Part shown: one piece after another, positions 38,802 to 52,109 of the stretch
Numbering within the stretch: the stretch's first letter is position 1
How the letters are laid out: the number at the start of each line of letters is the position of its first letter
Source of the DNA: Eledone cirrhosa
Lineage: Eukaryota
NCBI GenBank assembly: GCA_964016885.1
Contig: OZ024742.1
Location: 24,614,001-24,678,000 of the forward strand
DNA length: 64,000 nucleotides
Direction: 5' to 3'
Program-made: the position numbers and the translations under genes
Notes under the pieces: generated by a model
Databases searched by the model: none
Seen by the model: the letters and a program-made list of their open reading frames with translations, nothing else
What the model was told of the DNA's origin: nothing

Positions 38802-41800
38802 AGGAATTCACTTCGCCAAATTTCATTGCTTGCTGTGTACCCTCGATATACATGTATACGTAATGTACGGATTTCATTTCTCTCCCTCCACAAATCTTAA
38901 TTCTAGCGTATTTTCAAAACAATCCATATTTCGTATCAAGTCCAAATAGCCAATCTATCGCTAAAACAAACTACATTTTCTGTTTCTATTAATTGTTAAA
39001 TACGAAAGTTTTTGGGCGTATTTAACAGAACAAATTTTGTATTTTTGTTAATCGCTTGTTAAATGCAAGGACCCCATTCAATCATTACCTTCTTGCTAGC
39101 TACAATATCCCTCCCTCTCACCCCCACGCACCACCATGGCTATTACGTGGACCAATCATAAAACAGAGCCCCCACGCATCACCAGTATTATTACGCGGAC
39201 CAATCAGAAACCAGAGGCCTATACTATCGCTTGCCTGGTTGCCTTTCGATATATGATGGATGGATGGACTGCGGAATCCTGGAGAGTGGAGGTGAGAGAG
39301 AGAAAAATCTGGACGCTCAGCGACAATGCCAAAGATAAAGACAAATTCACCTCTTGGACGAGAATGCGAGCACTCCTCATTGTTTCGACCGCGGACGGCT
39401 AACATAACCCCATCGCCCCCCGCCCCCACCGCCCCCAACCCCCAAACGCAATCCAAAACTTCAGAGTTGGTACCATAAATGTAGGCACCCTAAAGGGTCG
39501 CGCTAACGAGGTTGTAGAAATGCTTGAACGTAAGGAGGTCGATGTTTGTTGTATTCAAGAGACCAGGTGGAGGGGTGGGTCTGCTAGGTTCATTGAGGGT
39601 AAAAAACGATGTTATAAGCTTTTCTGGGTGGGAAACGACGATGGGCTGGGTGGAGTAGGAATCATGGTAGCAGAAAAGTGGGCAGATAAGATAATAGACG
39701 TAAATAGAGTGAACGACAGAATAATTAAAATACGACTTGTCCTCAATAGAACTACGGTGACAGTAATATCTGCGTACGCACCCCAATCCGGACTGCCCGG
39801 CACTATAAAAGACAGATTCTATGAGACACTGATGCTAACTACCTCCCAAATATCCGACAGTGACTATATAATTATCGCAGGCGACCTAAATGGTCACGTT
39901 GGACAACATTGTGACGGCTACGACGAAATCCATGGAGGCTATGGGTTTGGTACTAGAAATGAGGAAGGCTCCAGAATCCTGGAATTCTGTGATGCAAATA
40001 ACCTAACTATCTGTAACACTAACTTCAAAAAACGTGACAATCACCTGATCACCTATAGATCCGGGGAACACACAAGCCAGGTAGATTATATCCTTACCAG
40101 AAGACGTGACAGAGTGTCTGTTGTAAACACTAAATCCCTCCCCCATGAAGAATGCACCTCCCAACATAGACTGATAATTAGCGACCTCATAGTCAGGACG
40201 AGACGTACTCGACAACAGAAGAGGACTATCCTCAGGAGGAAAATATGGAAGCTAAAGGACCCCACAGCCAGGAATAAATTTCAAAGCATATTTCTTGATG
40301 CTTTCGACAGTAAGGAAGAACATTTAGAGTCGGACAATATAGAGGGAGAGTGGGAATTTCTGAAAGCAAACCTGCTGTTGGCGACAGACGAAGTCTGTGG
40401 CTGGAGCAGGCCTGTAGGCAGGAGGAGAGTAACATGGTGGTGGAACAGTAAGGTGGAGGGGTCAATTAAGGCCAAAAAGCAGGCTTGGAAAGTATGGCGG
40501 GATGGGGGAAGTAGAGAGGACTATCAAGTGGCCAGGAGGGAAGCTAGGAGACAAGTGTACTTAGCAAGAAGGGGAGCTGAGGAAAGAAAGTTCAAGCATG
40601 TTCTACAACGCGATGACCAAAAACGTGAGGTGTTCAGGATTGCTAGGCAATGCGTCAAGGAAAACCGTGATATTGTCGGGGAGAAGTGTGTACTAAACGA
40701 CGATGGCACACTTGCCATCACCGACGCTGATAAGAAGGTAGCTTGGAAGTGTCACTATGAAAGGCTACTAAATGAGGAGAATAATTGGGAGAAAGGCAGT
40801 CTCCCCCATATCGACCCAATAGAGGGACCAGCAGTGTTAGTCGAGGGGAGTATAATAAGTAAGGCAATCAAGGATATGAAGACGGGTAAGGCGGCTGGGC
40901 CTTCGGAAATAGTTGCTGAGATGCTGAAGGCATCTGGCACGGTGGGACACACCATGGTCACCCGCATAGTTAACCAAGTCGTACAGAATGGGGTTGTTCC
41001 GAAGGACTGGCATAGCAGCATCATCGTTAACTGTTATAAGGGTAAAGGAGACGCCCTAGATAGGAGTAACTATAGAGGCATTAAATTAATCGACCAGGTC
41101 ATGAAGGTCACGGAAAAAGTAATAGCGCAACTAATCAGAGAGAGAATTGACCTAGATGAAATGCAGTTCGGGTTTGTGTCAGGCAAAAGTACCACAGACG
41201 CTCTTTTCATAGTACGACAACTACAGGAGAAGTACCTAGCTAAAGGTAAACCCCTCTACTTAGCTTTTGTCGACTTGGAGAAAGCCTTCGACAGAGTCCC
41301 CCGCTCCATTATCTGGTGGGCTCTTAGAAAACTAGGCGTTGACGAATGGCTTGTGAGGGCTATACAAGCCATGTATAAAGAAACAGTCAGCAAGGTTAGA
41401 ATTAACAACGAATATAGTGAAGAGTTTAGCGTAAAAGTTGGCGTCCATCAGGGCTCTGTTCTCAGCCCACTACTATTTATTATTGCCCTTCAGGCTATAA
41501 CAGAGGAGCTCAAGACAGGCTGCCCATGGGAACTCCTATACGCAGACGACCTGACACTCATAGCGGAATCAATGGCCGAGCTAGAGAAGAAATTCCAAAC
41601 ATGGAAGCACGGCCTAGAGTCAAAAGGACTTAAAATTAACCTGGCTAAGACCAAAGTACTAGTTTGTAGGAAAGAAAACAAGGCGGCGGTCCCTTCTGGG
41701 AAATGGTCGTGCTCGGTGTGTAGGAAAGGCGTAGGTAGAAACTCCATTTTATGTCCTAAATGCAAAGTATGGGTGCATAAAAGATGTAGTGGGATCACAG

Positions 41801-42893
41801 GTAAGCTAACTAAGAACATAGATTTTACATGTGGCCGGTGCTCTGGTGCAATAAGTAGCAGCAAGTGCCCACAAACTACTAGCTCTTTCAATTGCGCAGA
41901 GGGTTCTATAGAAATAGTGGACAGCTTCCGTTACCTGGGCGATAAAATCAGCAGTGGGGGAGGGTGCTCTGAAAGTACTGTAGCTAGAGTCAGAACTGGT
42001 TGGAAAAAGTTCAGAGAGCTTATACCACTATTAGCTGCTAAAGGGTTCTCACTAAAAATGAAAGGCAGGTTGTACGATGCCTGCATACGAACAGCAATGC
42101 TGCATGGCAGTGAGACCTGGGCATTGTGTGCAGAGGATATACGCAGACTAGAGAGGAACGAAGCTTGCATGCTCCGCTGGATGTGTAACAGTAATATACG
42201 TGAACGGCAAAGCATAAACGAACTAAGGAAAAAATTAGAGATAAGAGGGATCAGATGTTGTTTACTCGAGAGAAGGCTACGTTGGTATGGACACGTGATG
42301 CGCATGAAAGTCGATAGCTGTATAACAAAGTGCAGGGCAATAAAGATAGACGGTAGTCACGGAATAGGCAGACCTAGAAAAACCTGGGACGAGCTGATAA
42401 ACTCCGACATCACACACTTACACCTCTCCAAGACAATGTCACTGGACCGAGACCTTTGGCGGTACTCAGTAACAGAGAAGACCCGCCTTACCTAAATATA
42501 TAGTAAAACCTACTCCAGCCAGTAGGCATCTCTAACAAAATACACCCCGTCCCACCACCCCCACCCCCACCCCATCCACACCACCCTGTTCTATGTAAAG
42601 TTATGTTGGTGCCGCGCCATCGAGGCCGAAACAAATGAGATCGTGTAGGTGTCACGACAAAAAAACACACAGTCCACGCTGTAATGTGGCCGTGTAGGCA
42701 ACACGGTAAAAACCTCCCAGACCCACACTGTAAATGTGGTTGGTGTTAGGAAGGGCATCCAACTGTAGAAAACCTGCCAGACAGTCCTATGCGAGCAAGA
42801 CAATCACTCTTGCCTCAAGTGGGACTACCCCCGTCCAAACCCATGCAAGCGTGGAACACGGACGTTAAACGTTGATGATGATGATGATGATGA
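38798..42893 (+). mobile_element. RTE-clade LINE family A, near full length
   Basis: Leader, single long EN-RT ORF, 3' UTR and (GAT)n tail; (TA)n on both sides. Confidence 0.96.
39520..42495 (+). CDS. APE-type endonuclease / reverse transcriptase with internal PHD-like finger (991 aa)
   Basis: CIQETRW, ISAYAP, GDLNGHVG, VDYIL, SQHRL (EN); FVDLEKAFD, YADD at 41539-41550, FRYLG (RT). The probable true start ATG at 39326 is out of frame by 1 nt. Confidence 0.95.
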   Translation: MLERKEVDVCCIQETRWRGGSARFIEGKKRCYKLFWVGNDDGLGGVGIMVAEKWADKIIDVNRVNDRIIKIRLVLNRTTVTVISAYAPQSGLPGTIKDRFYETLMLTTSQISDSDYIIIAGDLNGHVGQHCDGYDEIHGGYGFGTRNEEGSRILEFCDANNLTICNTNFKKRDNHLITYRSGEHTSQVDYILTRRRDRVSVVNTKSLPHEECTSQHRLIISDLIVRTRRTRQQKRTILRRKIWKLKDPTARNKFQSIFLDAFDSKEEHLESDNIEGEWEFLKANLLLATDEVCGWSRPVGRRRVTWWWNSKVEGSIKAKKQAWKVWRDGGSREDYQVARREARRQVYLARRGAEERKFKHVLQRDDQKREVFRIARQCVKENRDIVGEKCVLNDDGTLAITDADKKVAWKCHYERLLNEENNWEKGSLPHIDPIEGPAVLVEGSIISKAIKDMKTGKAAGPSEIVAEMLKASGTVGHTMVTRIVNQVVQNGVVPKDWHSSIIVNCYKGKGDALDRSNYRGIKLIDQVMKVTEKVIAQLIRERIDLDEMQFGFVSGKSTTDALFIVRQLQEKYLAKGKPLYLAFVDLEKAFDRVPRSIIWWALRKLGVDEWLVRAIQAMYKETVSKVRINNEYSEEFSVKVGVHQGSVLSPLLFIIALQAITEELKTGCPWELLYADDLTLIAESMAELEKKFQTWKHGLESKGLKINLAKTKVLVCRKENKAAVPSGKWSCSVCRKGVGRNSILCPKCKVWVHKRCSGITGKLTKNIDFTCGRCSGAISSSKCPQTTSSFNCAEGSIEIVDSFRYLGDKISSGGGCSESTVARVRTGWKKFRELIPLLAAKGFSLKMKGRLYDACIRTAMLHGSETWALCAEDIRRLERNEACMLRWMCNSNIRERQSINELRKKLEIRGIRCCLLERRLRWYGHVMRMKVDSCITKCRAIKIDGSHGIGRPRKTWDELINSDITHLHLSKTMSLDRDLWRYSVTEKTRLT

Positions 42894-42904
42894 TATATAT
42901 ATAT

Positions 42905-43190
42905 ATACTGTTCAGATGTAACAAAGTGTGTGTAAATGTGTATATATATATATATTCATATGTATATATACTGTACAGATGTAACAAAGTGTGTGTAAAT
43001 GTGTATATATATATATATATTTATATGTATATATACTGTACTGATGTAACAAAGTGTCTGTAAATGTGTATATATATATTTATATGTATATATACTGTAC
43101 AGATGTAACAAAGTGTGTGTAAATGTGTATATATATATATATATACTGTACAGATGTAACAAATTTTGTGTAAATGTGTATATATATATA
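42905..43190. repeat. ~60-bp minisatellite, ~5 units
   Basis: ATATACTGTACAGATGTAACAAAGTGTGTGTAAATGTG plus variable (TA)n. Confidence 0.9.
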
Positions 43191-43595
43191 TTTACACATT
43201 GAGTATATAGACATATAGGCACCCAAAATTTTCTGTATTTTCTTGTAAATTGAAAAAAAATATCTTGAATTGATTTCCAAATCTTTTGGAGTTCTCATCT
43301 GAAGATGGCAGCAGACTCCTGTCTCCCTTGCTACTTATTACGAGTTTAGTCTTTGTTAAGTTTACTCTGAAGCAATTTGATTCTAGGTTTCATGTTGACA
43401 CATACAAATTTTTCTTTAATCTTATGCAAATTCAGCTATCATTACTTTATCATTAGCATATAGGACATCTCGTCAATAATCTGTTTAAAACTCCACATTT
43501 ATGGCCTGAAGTACAGAAGAAGGAACAGAGGACCAACCCTTGATAAATATAGCTGAACACTAAATTATTCATGTACTTCTTGATGACAACATCAG

Positions 43596-43635
<40 letters not shown>

Positions 43636-43807
43636 TAAAATAACAGATTAAAGTTTAAACAAAGAATCGCTGCTTTCACCGTTAATAAATATTTAATAAA
43701 TATTTGCTCTACGGTTCTTATATATTTGATATATATTTATTCTTATCGAGCCCTCTTTGGATTTTAGTCTTCAAATTTATTATTATTATTATATATATAT
43801 ATAATAT

Positions 43808-43840
<33 letters not shown>

Positions 43841-44477
43841 CTGGTAGAGAATGTTGAGAAGCCAGAGGGGATCACTAACGTAGGCGGGAAGGCGCTAGAA
43901 TTGGTTGAGGGCTTCCTGTATTTGGGAGCAAAGATTGGGAATACGGAAGATGATGTGGTTGAGAGGAAGAGCAAAGCCTGGGCGGCGTGCCACAGCTTGA
44001 GATTGGCGTGGAAGTCGGACATTCATAAAGACCTGAAAATCCGCCTCTTCATTGCTGTAGTTGAGTCTGTGCTGCTGTATGGGTCTGAGACTTCGACACT
44101 GACCAAGAAACTCACTCAGATGGTGGATGGGTGCTACACGAGACTGCTGAGGATGGCTCTGAACATTAATCAGTATACACTGAGGATGAAAAACTCAGAG
44201 CTGTATGGGAGCCTCCCAAAAGTCAGCTCAAAAGTGACACAGAGGAGACTGAGGTTAGCTGTACATGCTCACCAACATCCAGAGTTGACATTGCACTCAG
44301 TGCTCCTGTGGGAGCCCCTAGATGGACACACTGGAAGAGGAAGACCAAGGTTAACATATGTTGATGCCCTAAGGACAGACACTGGTCTGTTGGAGATGCG
44401 GGACATGACAGCAATAATGAGGGACAGAGACCGCTGGAGAGGACTCGTCCATGGATCTCGGGAATTTTACCCGCCTT

Positions 44478-44479
<2 letters not shown>
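43841..44479 (+). mobile_element. Divergent RTE-like LINE 3' fragment (family D)
   Basis: ORF 43901-44479 has FLYLG, LLYGSET, RRLRL and GRGRP. The stop codon abuts (TA)n. Confidence 0.85.
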
Positions 44480-44519
<40 letters not shown>

Positions 44520-44858
44520 ACATCATCATCGTTTAATGACTATCTTCCATGGTAGCATGGGTTAGACGGGAGTTGTCCCACTTGAAGCAAGATTGGTCAG
44601 GTGATTGTGTCTTGCTCGTAGAGGACTATCTGGCAGGTTTTCTATGGCTGGATGCCCTTCCTAACACCAACCACATTTACGGTGTGGACAGTATATCTAT
44701 AATTTGTCATAAATGAAGCCAAATTTTGCATATTTTACATATTTGACTTAATTATTTTACATTACTCCGGAGTAAACAAACCAACCTGCGTACTTCGTCG
44801 AGTGCTCCAATATGCATACTGAGGTGTCGGTAAACAACCAACATACACTCAAAATGTA

Positions 44859-44904
<46 letters not shown>

Positions 44905-45052
44905 TATTTATATATATATATATATGTATGTATATATATATGTATGTATATATATATATGTATGTATATATATATATGTATGTATATATATATATATATA
45001 TACGTATGTATATATATATGTATGTATATATATATATATATATACGTATATA

Positions 45053-45085
<33 letters not shown>

Positions 45086-45124
45086 ATAAATATGTATGTA
45101 TGTATATATGCATGTATATTCTTT

Positions 45125-45833
45125 TTGGTAAATATCATCTTGGTTAAGAGAGTGGGACTGGCTTTGTGCAGTGCCTTTGCTCACTATAAAAGCTTCACGG
45201 CACAAGCATTGCTTTATATCTCGAGATCTCTCTGCACTTGTCGTCACATGGTACCATGGGCCCAGCACTGTGTCAATAATTGTCACAAGTGTAGTGTTTG
45301 TACCAGAGCTTTCAAGTCGCTGGCTGGACTAAAAAGTCACACTCGTTCAGCGCATTGGTAGGGGTTCTCCTACATGGATATAAAGTAGTGGCCGTACTCG
45401 AAAACGAGTTGGCAGCCACGATATATACATATATGTATGTAAATATATATGTATGTAAATATGTATGTATGTATATATATATATATATATAAATATGTAT
45501 GCATGTATATATATATGTTTGTATATATATATATGTATGTATATATATATATGTTTGTATATATATATATATGTATGTGCAGTGCCTTTGCTCACTATAA
45601 AAGCTTCACGGCACAGGCATTGCTTTATATCTGGAGATCTCTCTGCACTTGTCGTCACATGGTACCATGGGCCCAGCAATATGTGTCAATAATTGTCACA
45701 AGTGCAGTGTTTGTACCAGAGTTTTCAAGTCGCTGGCGGGACTAAAAAGTCACACTCGTTCAGCGCATCAGTAGGGGTTCTCCTACATGGATATGAAGTA
45801 GCGGCCGTACTCGAAAACGAGTTGGCAGCCACC
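45125..45833 (+). mobile_element. Two tandem LINE-like 3' ends with a terminal C2H2 finger (family E)
   Basis: 45167-45420 is approximately repeated at 45577-45832. Encodes [22 protein letters not shown], followed by hairpin CTCG-AAAA-CGAG. Confidence 0.7.
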
Positions 45834-45873
45834 ATGTATGTATATATATATGTATGTATATATGTGTTAATGT

Positions 45874-46863
45874 ATCATCATCATCATCATCATCATCAAC
45901 GTTTAACGTCCGCGTTCCACGCTTGCATGGGTTTGGACGGGGGTTTTCCCACTTGAGGCAAGAGTGATTATCTTGCTCGCATAGGACTATCTGGCGGGTT
46001 TTCTACAGCTGGATGCCCTTCCTAACACCAACCACATTTACAGTGTTGGGCTGGGAGATTTTACCGTGTTGCCTACACGGCCACATTACAGCGTGAACTG
46101 TGTGTTTTTTGTCATGACACCTACACGATCTTATTTGTTTCGGCCTGGATGTTGTGGCACCAACATAACTTTACATTGAAAGGGGCGGTGTGGATGGGGT
46201 GGGGGTGGTGGGACAGGGGTGTATTTTGTTAGAGATGCCTACTGACTGTAGTAGGTTTTACTTTGTATTTAGGTAAGGCGGGTCTTCTCTATTACTGAGT
46301 ACCGCCAAAGGTCTCGGTCCAGTGACATTGTCTTGGTGAGGTCTAAATGTGTGAGGTCGGAATTTATCAGTTCGTCCCAGGTTTTCCTGGGTCTGCCTAT
46401 TCCGTGGCTACCGTCTATCTTTATTGCCCTGCACTTTGTTATACAGCTATCGTCTTTCATGCGCATCACGTGACCATACCAACGTAGCCTTCTCTCGAGT
46501 AAACAACATCTGATCCCTCTTATTTCTAATTTTTTCCTTAGTTTGTTTATGCTTTGCCGTTCACGTATATTACTATTACACATCCAGCGGAGCATGCAAG
46601 CTTCGTTTCTCTCTAGTCTGCATATATCCTCTGTACACAATGCCCAGGTCTCACTGCCATGCAACATTGCTGTTCGTATGCAGGCATCATACAACCTGCC
46701 TTTCATTTTTAGGGAGAACCCTTTAGCGGCTAATAGTGGTATAAGCTCTCTGAACTTTTTCCACCCAGTTCTGACTCTAGCTACTGTACATTCAGAGCAC
46801 CCTCCCCCACTGCTGATTTTGTCACCCAGGTAACGGAAGCTGTCCACTATTTCTATAGAACCC
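45874..46863 (-). mobile_element. RTE family A, 5'-truncated
   Basis: ORF 46269-46847, 3' UTR and tail. Confidence 0.93.
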
Positions 46864-47804
46864 TGTATGTATATATATATATAATATAATAAAATAACAG
46901 GAGGCTGGACTTGTGTAAATCCTTGAAAGGTTTATTATACCATGATAATTTCAATAGCAGGGTTCCGTATGAATCCGGTGATATCATCAGGTATTCGAAA
47001 TATAACAAAGGAAACAGATAAAATCCATGGGGCTGAAAATCATAGACAAGAGGACGACCGACCATCTATCATCTTCTACTTTAGTCAGTCGCCCTATATA
47101 TGTATATAAGAATGTTTGTTTAAAATTTTGTAGAATATAAAATAGTCAAACATTAAATGATTAAGCACTCAATACTGGAGAGTAGAATATGTGTGTGTGT
47201 AAATATATATATATATATGTGGGTGTGTATATAATCTAAACTTTGTGCTTTAATAATGCTACTTAATCTGTAAAAAATAAAAATCTATTTAAAACCCTTC
47301 AAGATACCTCTGGTTTAACTTTTTTTAAACTTTTTGTATTCATTTAATACCTTGTCCTATCCTAACTTTTTCACAATGTTCTTAATTAGTTCTAATTACT
47401 GCTAGTAGATGGCAGGACTTGTTGACAAAGCTGAGCTGACATGTTGAAAGTAATCAAGGAAACCATTAAAACTTAAGGTAGTTTTTTTTTCTTTCTCAAT
47501 TCGAATATTTTCTGTTACTATTTTGAGTAATTTTAGGATAGATTTGCTGACAAGAAAATAGTCAAAGGGTTAATTACACTTACTATATAAAGCATAACCC
47601 TTGATATTTCCACCCACTGTCACCACAACCACCAACACAACCACTGCATCCATCATCATCATCATTTAACACCCATCTTCCACGCTATTCCTATATTTAC
47701 ATCAACTGAATACAAAAACAATTTGATTCAGGAATCTTAAGCAGGGAAAAATGGACATAAAATGATGATGAATATATATAGTCATAAAATGATGATGAAT
47801 ATAT

Positions 47805-47910
47805 ACAGTCCTATGCGAGCAAGACAACCACTCTTGCCTCAAGTGGGAAAACCCCCGTCCAAACCCATGCAAGCGTGGAACACGGACGCTAAACCTGATG
47901 ATGATGATGA

Positions 47911-47997
<87 letters not shown>

Positions 47998-48482
47998 AGA
48001 GTCCTGGTTCAATCGGTGGTAACCACAGTTAGTAAGGTACTCAATACATATGATGATTTCTTTTGAATGAAACAGTTCTAGTCCTGTAGAAGCAATTCCT
48101 ATATTAAACATTAACCAAATATATACCCCATCCCACTCCTCCTACCCCCCCCCCCACTCACCAACACCACCCTTTCTCTGTAAAGTTATGTTGGTACCAC
48201 AACATCCAATCCTAAATAAATGAGGTCGTGTAGGTGCAACGACAAAAAAATACACAGTCCACGCTGTAGTGTGGCTGTGTAGGTAATACAGTAAAAACCT
48301 CCCAATCCACACTGTAAACGTGGTTGGTGTTAGGAAGGGCATCCAGCCATAGAAAACCTGCCAGACAGTCCTATACGAACGAGACACGGTCACCCGACCA
48401 ATCTTGCCTCAAGTAGGACAATTTCCCTCTAAACCCATGCTTGCATGGAAAATAGATGTTAAACAATGATGATGATGATGAT
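47805..48482 (+). mobile_element. Two family A-like 3' UTR/tail fragments (47805-47915, 48120-48482)
   Basis: Homology to 42540-42893. Related fragments at 25880-26030 (+), 44518-44690 (-) and 24553-24660 (-). Confidence 0.85.
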
Positions 48483-48663
48483 ATATAGGCTTTTGCCTTT
48501 CTCTTGGACAACATCGGTGACATAGAGAGGAGAGGCTAGTATGCATGGATGACTGCTGGTCTTTAACAAACAACCTTGCTCGAACTTGAGCCTCGGAGGG
48601 GAGCTTTCTAAGGTCAAATCCCATAGTCATTTATGACTGAAGTGGGTTTTACTCTTATATGTA

Positions 48664-50171
48664 ACCACCAGTACCTTCACTCTCAGTATACCATTGAGGT
48701 GCACCAACCATCTCTACCTTCACTCTCAGTATACCATTGAGGTGCACCAACCATCTCTACCTTCACTCTTAGTATACCATTGAGGTGCACCAACCATCTC
48801 TACCTTCACTCACAGTATACCATTGAGGTGCACCAACCATCTCTACCTTCACTCTTAGTATACCATTGAGGTGCACCAACCATCTCTACCTTCACTCTTA
48901 GTATACCATTGAGGTGCACCAACCATCTCTACCTTCACTCTCAGTATACCATTGAGGTGCACCAACCATCTCTACCTTCACTCTTAGTATACCATTGAGG
49001 TGCACCAACCATCTCTACCTTCACTCACAGTATACCATTGAGGTGCACCAACCATCTCTACCTTCACTCACAGTATACCATTGAGGTGCACCAACCATCT
49101 CTACCTTCACTCTTAGTATACCATTGAGGTGCACCAACCATCTCTACCTTCACTCTTAGTATACCATTGAGGTGCACCAACCATCTCTACCTTCACTCTT
49201 AGTATACCATTGAGGTGCACCAACCATCTCTACCTTCACTCTTAGTATACCATTGAGGTGCACCAACCATCTCTACCTTCACTCTTAGTATACCATTGAG
49301 GTGCACCAACCATCTCTACCTTCACTCTTAGTATACCATTGAGGTGCACCAACTATCTCTACCTTCACTCACAGTATACCATTAAGCTGTACTAACCATC
49401 TCTACCTTCACTCACAGTATACCATTGAGCTGTACTAACCATCTCTACCTTTGCTCACAGTATACCATTGAGCTGTACTAACCATCTCTACCTTCACTCA
49501 CAGTATACCATTGAGCTGTACTAACCATCTCTACCTTCACTCACAGTATACCATTGAGCTGTACTAACCATCTCTACCTTTGCTCACAGTATACCATTGA
49601 GCTGTACTAACCACCTCTACCTTCGCTCACAGTATACCATTGAGCTGTACTAACCATCTCTACCTTCGCTCACAGTATACCATTGAGCTGTACTAACCAT
49701 CTCTACCTTCGCTCACAGTATACCATTGAGCTGTACTAACCATCTCTACCTTCGCTCACAGTATACCATTGAGCTGTACTAACCATCTCTACCTTCGCTC
49801 ACAGTATACCATTGAGCTGTACTAACCATCTCTACCTTCACTCTTAGTATACCATTGAGGTGCACCAACTATCTCTACCTTCACTCACAGTATACCATTG
49901 AGCTGTACTAACCATCTCTACCTTCACTCTTAGTATACCATTGAGGTGTACCAACCACCTCTACCTCCACTCACAGTATACCATTGAGCTGTACTAACCA
50001 CTTCTACCTTCACTCTCAGTATACCATTCAGTTCTACCAACCACTTCTACCTCCACTCACAGTATACCATTCAGCTCTACCAACCACCTCTCCCTCCACT
50101 CACAGTATACCATTCAGCTCTACTAACCACCTCTACCTCCACTCACAGTATACCATTCAGCTCTACCAACC
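48664..50171. repeat. 43-bp minisatellite, ~35 units
   Basis: ACCAACCATCTCTACCTTCACTCTTAGTATACCATTGAGGTGC, with zoned variants. Confidence 0.96.
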
Positions 50172-51128
50172 AGAACTGTCTTTACTACCATTTGAACCTA
50201 CCACCTATGATTCAGTATGAAACATACCCAACTTTCTATCAGTCACCCCATTTATCCCCACCAAAATATACACATCAAATGTAAAAGAATGTCTTAGTGA
50301 AATAAATACAAACAGTTTATCATCCTCACTACTTTATCTATATTTTCCATACTTACGTGGGTTGGACAGGTTGTCAATTTTTTAGGCCAGATATGTTAGA
50401 TGTCTCTTGTGCTCAAATATTCCACTTAGAAATAGTTAATATGGGTGTATGCCCTTCTTAATGTCAACCACTGTTTCAAGACATCTATTGAGAGCGTTTT
50501 GTTGTAGCACTAGCATTGCCACCTAACAGGGTGGACTAGGTGCTTTCATCATGGCACCAGGACTAATACTTTACAGAGTGGGCAGAGTGCAGGCTTTGTG
50601 GCTTCAGTACTAATGTGTGTATATATATATATATAATGAATATATGCAACACACAGAGACAAACACACATATGTGTGCATGGGGGTGTATATATTATGAG
50701 TTTTCATCTATATTTAGGTCATTGTTGATATTTGAGAATTATTTCTGCCAAGGATTAAATTGTTGTGAATATCAAGCTTTAGTAAGTATAATTGATAGTT
50801 TGAAAAATAAAAAGCTTTTAACATCGATACATGCTAGTAGATGATGGTTCAATAATATGACTGTGGCTGTATGTATATATATATATACATATATATTGTG
50901 TGTGTGTCTGTATATATGTATGTGGGTGTGTATGGGGATGTGTGTATAAGTTTGTGTGTGTGTGTGAATGTTGAATGTGTATTTTCTTATGTATGGTATA
51001 TGTTCATCTGTAGAATATGTATATATTGTGTGCTTGTGTGTGTGTATATATATATATATATATACACACACAAATATATATATATATATATATATACATA
51101 TGTGTATACATGTGTTTGTGTGTGTGCT

Positions 51129-51177
<49 letters not shown>

Positions 51178-51227
51178 GTGTTTGTGTTTATGTATATATA
51201 TATATATATATATACATATGTGTTTGT

Positions 51228-51264
<37 letters not shown>

Positions 51265-51646
51265 TATATACATATGTGTATGTGTATATATGTGTATGTG
51301 TTTATATATATATATATATATATATGCATGTAAGTGTGTGTATCTATCTTTCTATGTCTGCCTGTCTGTGTATGTATGTATAATGTCAATATTTCAAATA
51401 GCATTTTCATTTGAAGTTAGATTCTTCGTGAAGAAGGAGAAGAAGAAGAAAGAGAGGAAGTAGAAGGGGAGGAGGAGAAAAGAAAAGAAAAAATCAATCG
51501 ATAGTCACGAATGTGAGATAGAAGATCATAGAGAACCAACATTATGTCAAACACAATATGAAAAACATAGTAAATTTAATGCAACAGCAGTGATATAACA
51601 TTGAATAAATAGAGGAGCTGTGTATATATATATATATGAATATATT

Positions 51647-51745
<99 letters not shown>

Positions 51746-51779
51746 GTATATATATATATATGAATATAATTATATATAC

Positions 51780-51838
<59 letters not shown>

Positions 51839-51872
51839 CACATATGTATGAATATATTTATATATACATATG

Positions 51873-51906
<34 letters not shown>

Positions 51907-51955
51907 TACGTATACATTTATATACACACATATATACGTATACATTTATATATAC

Positions 51956-51996
<41 letters not shown>

Positions 51997-52038
51997 CATA
52001 GATACATATACATATATATATATACATATGTATATATG

Positions 52039-52109
<71 letters not shown>

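Noticed and set aside
43295-43730. HHR-like words at ~43299 (CTGAAGATGG) and ~43670-43722 (minus, ACCGT...ACGGT-GAAA)
   Set aside because: Half of the core is missing or too degenerate in each.
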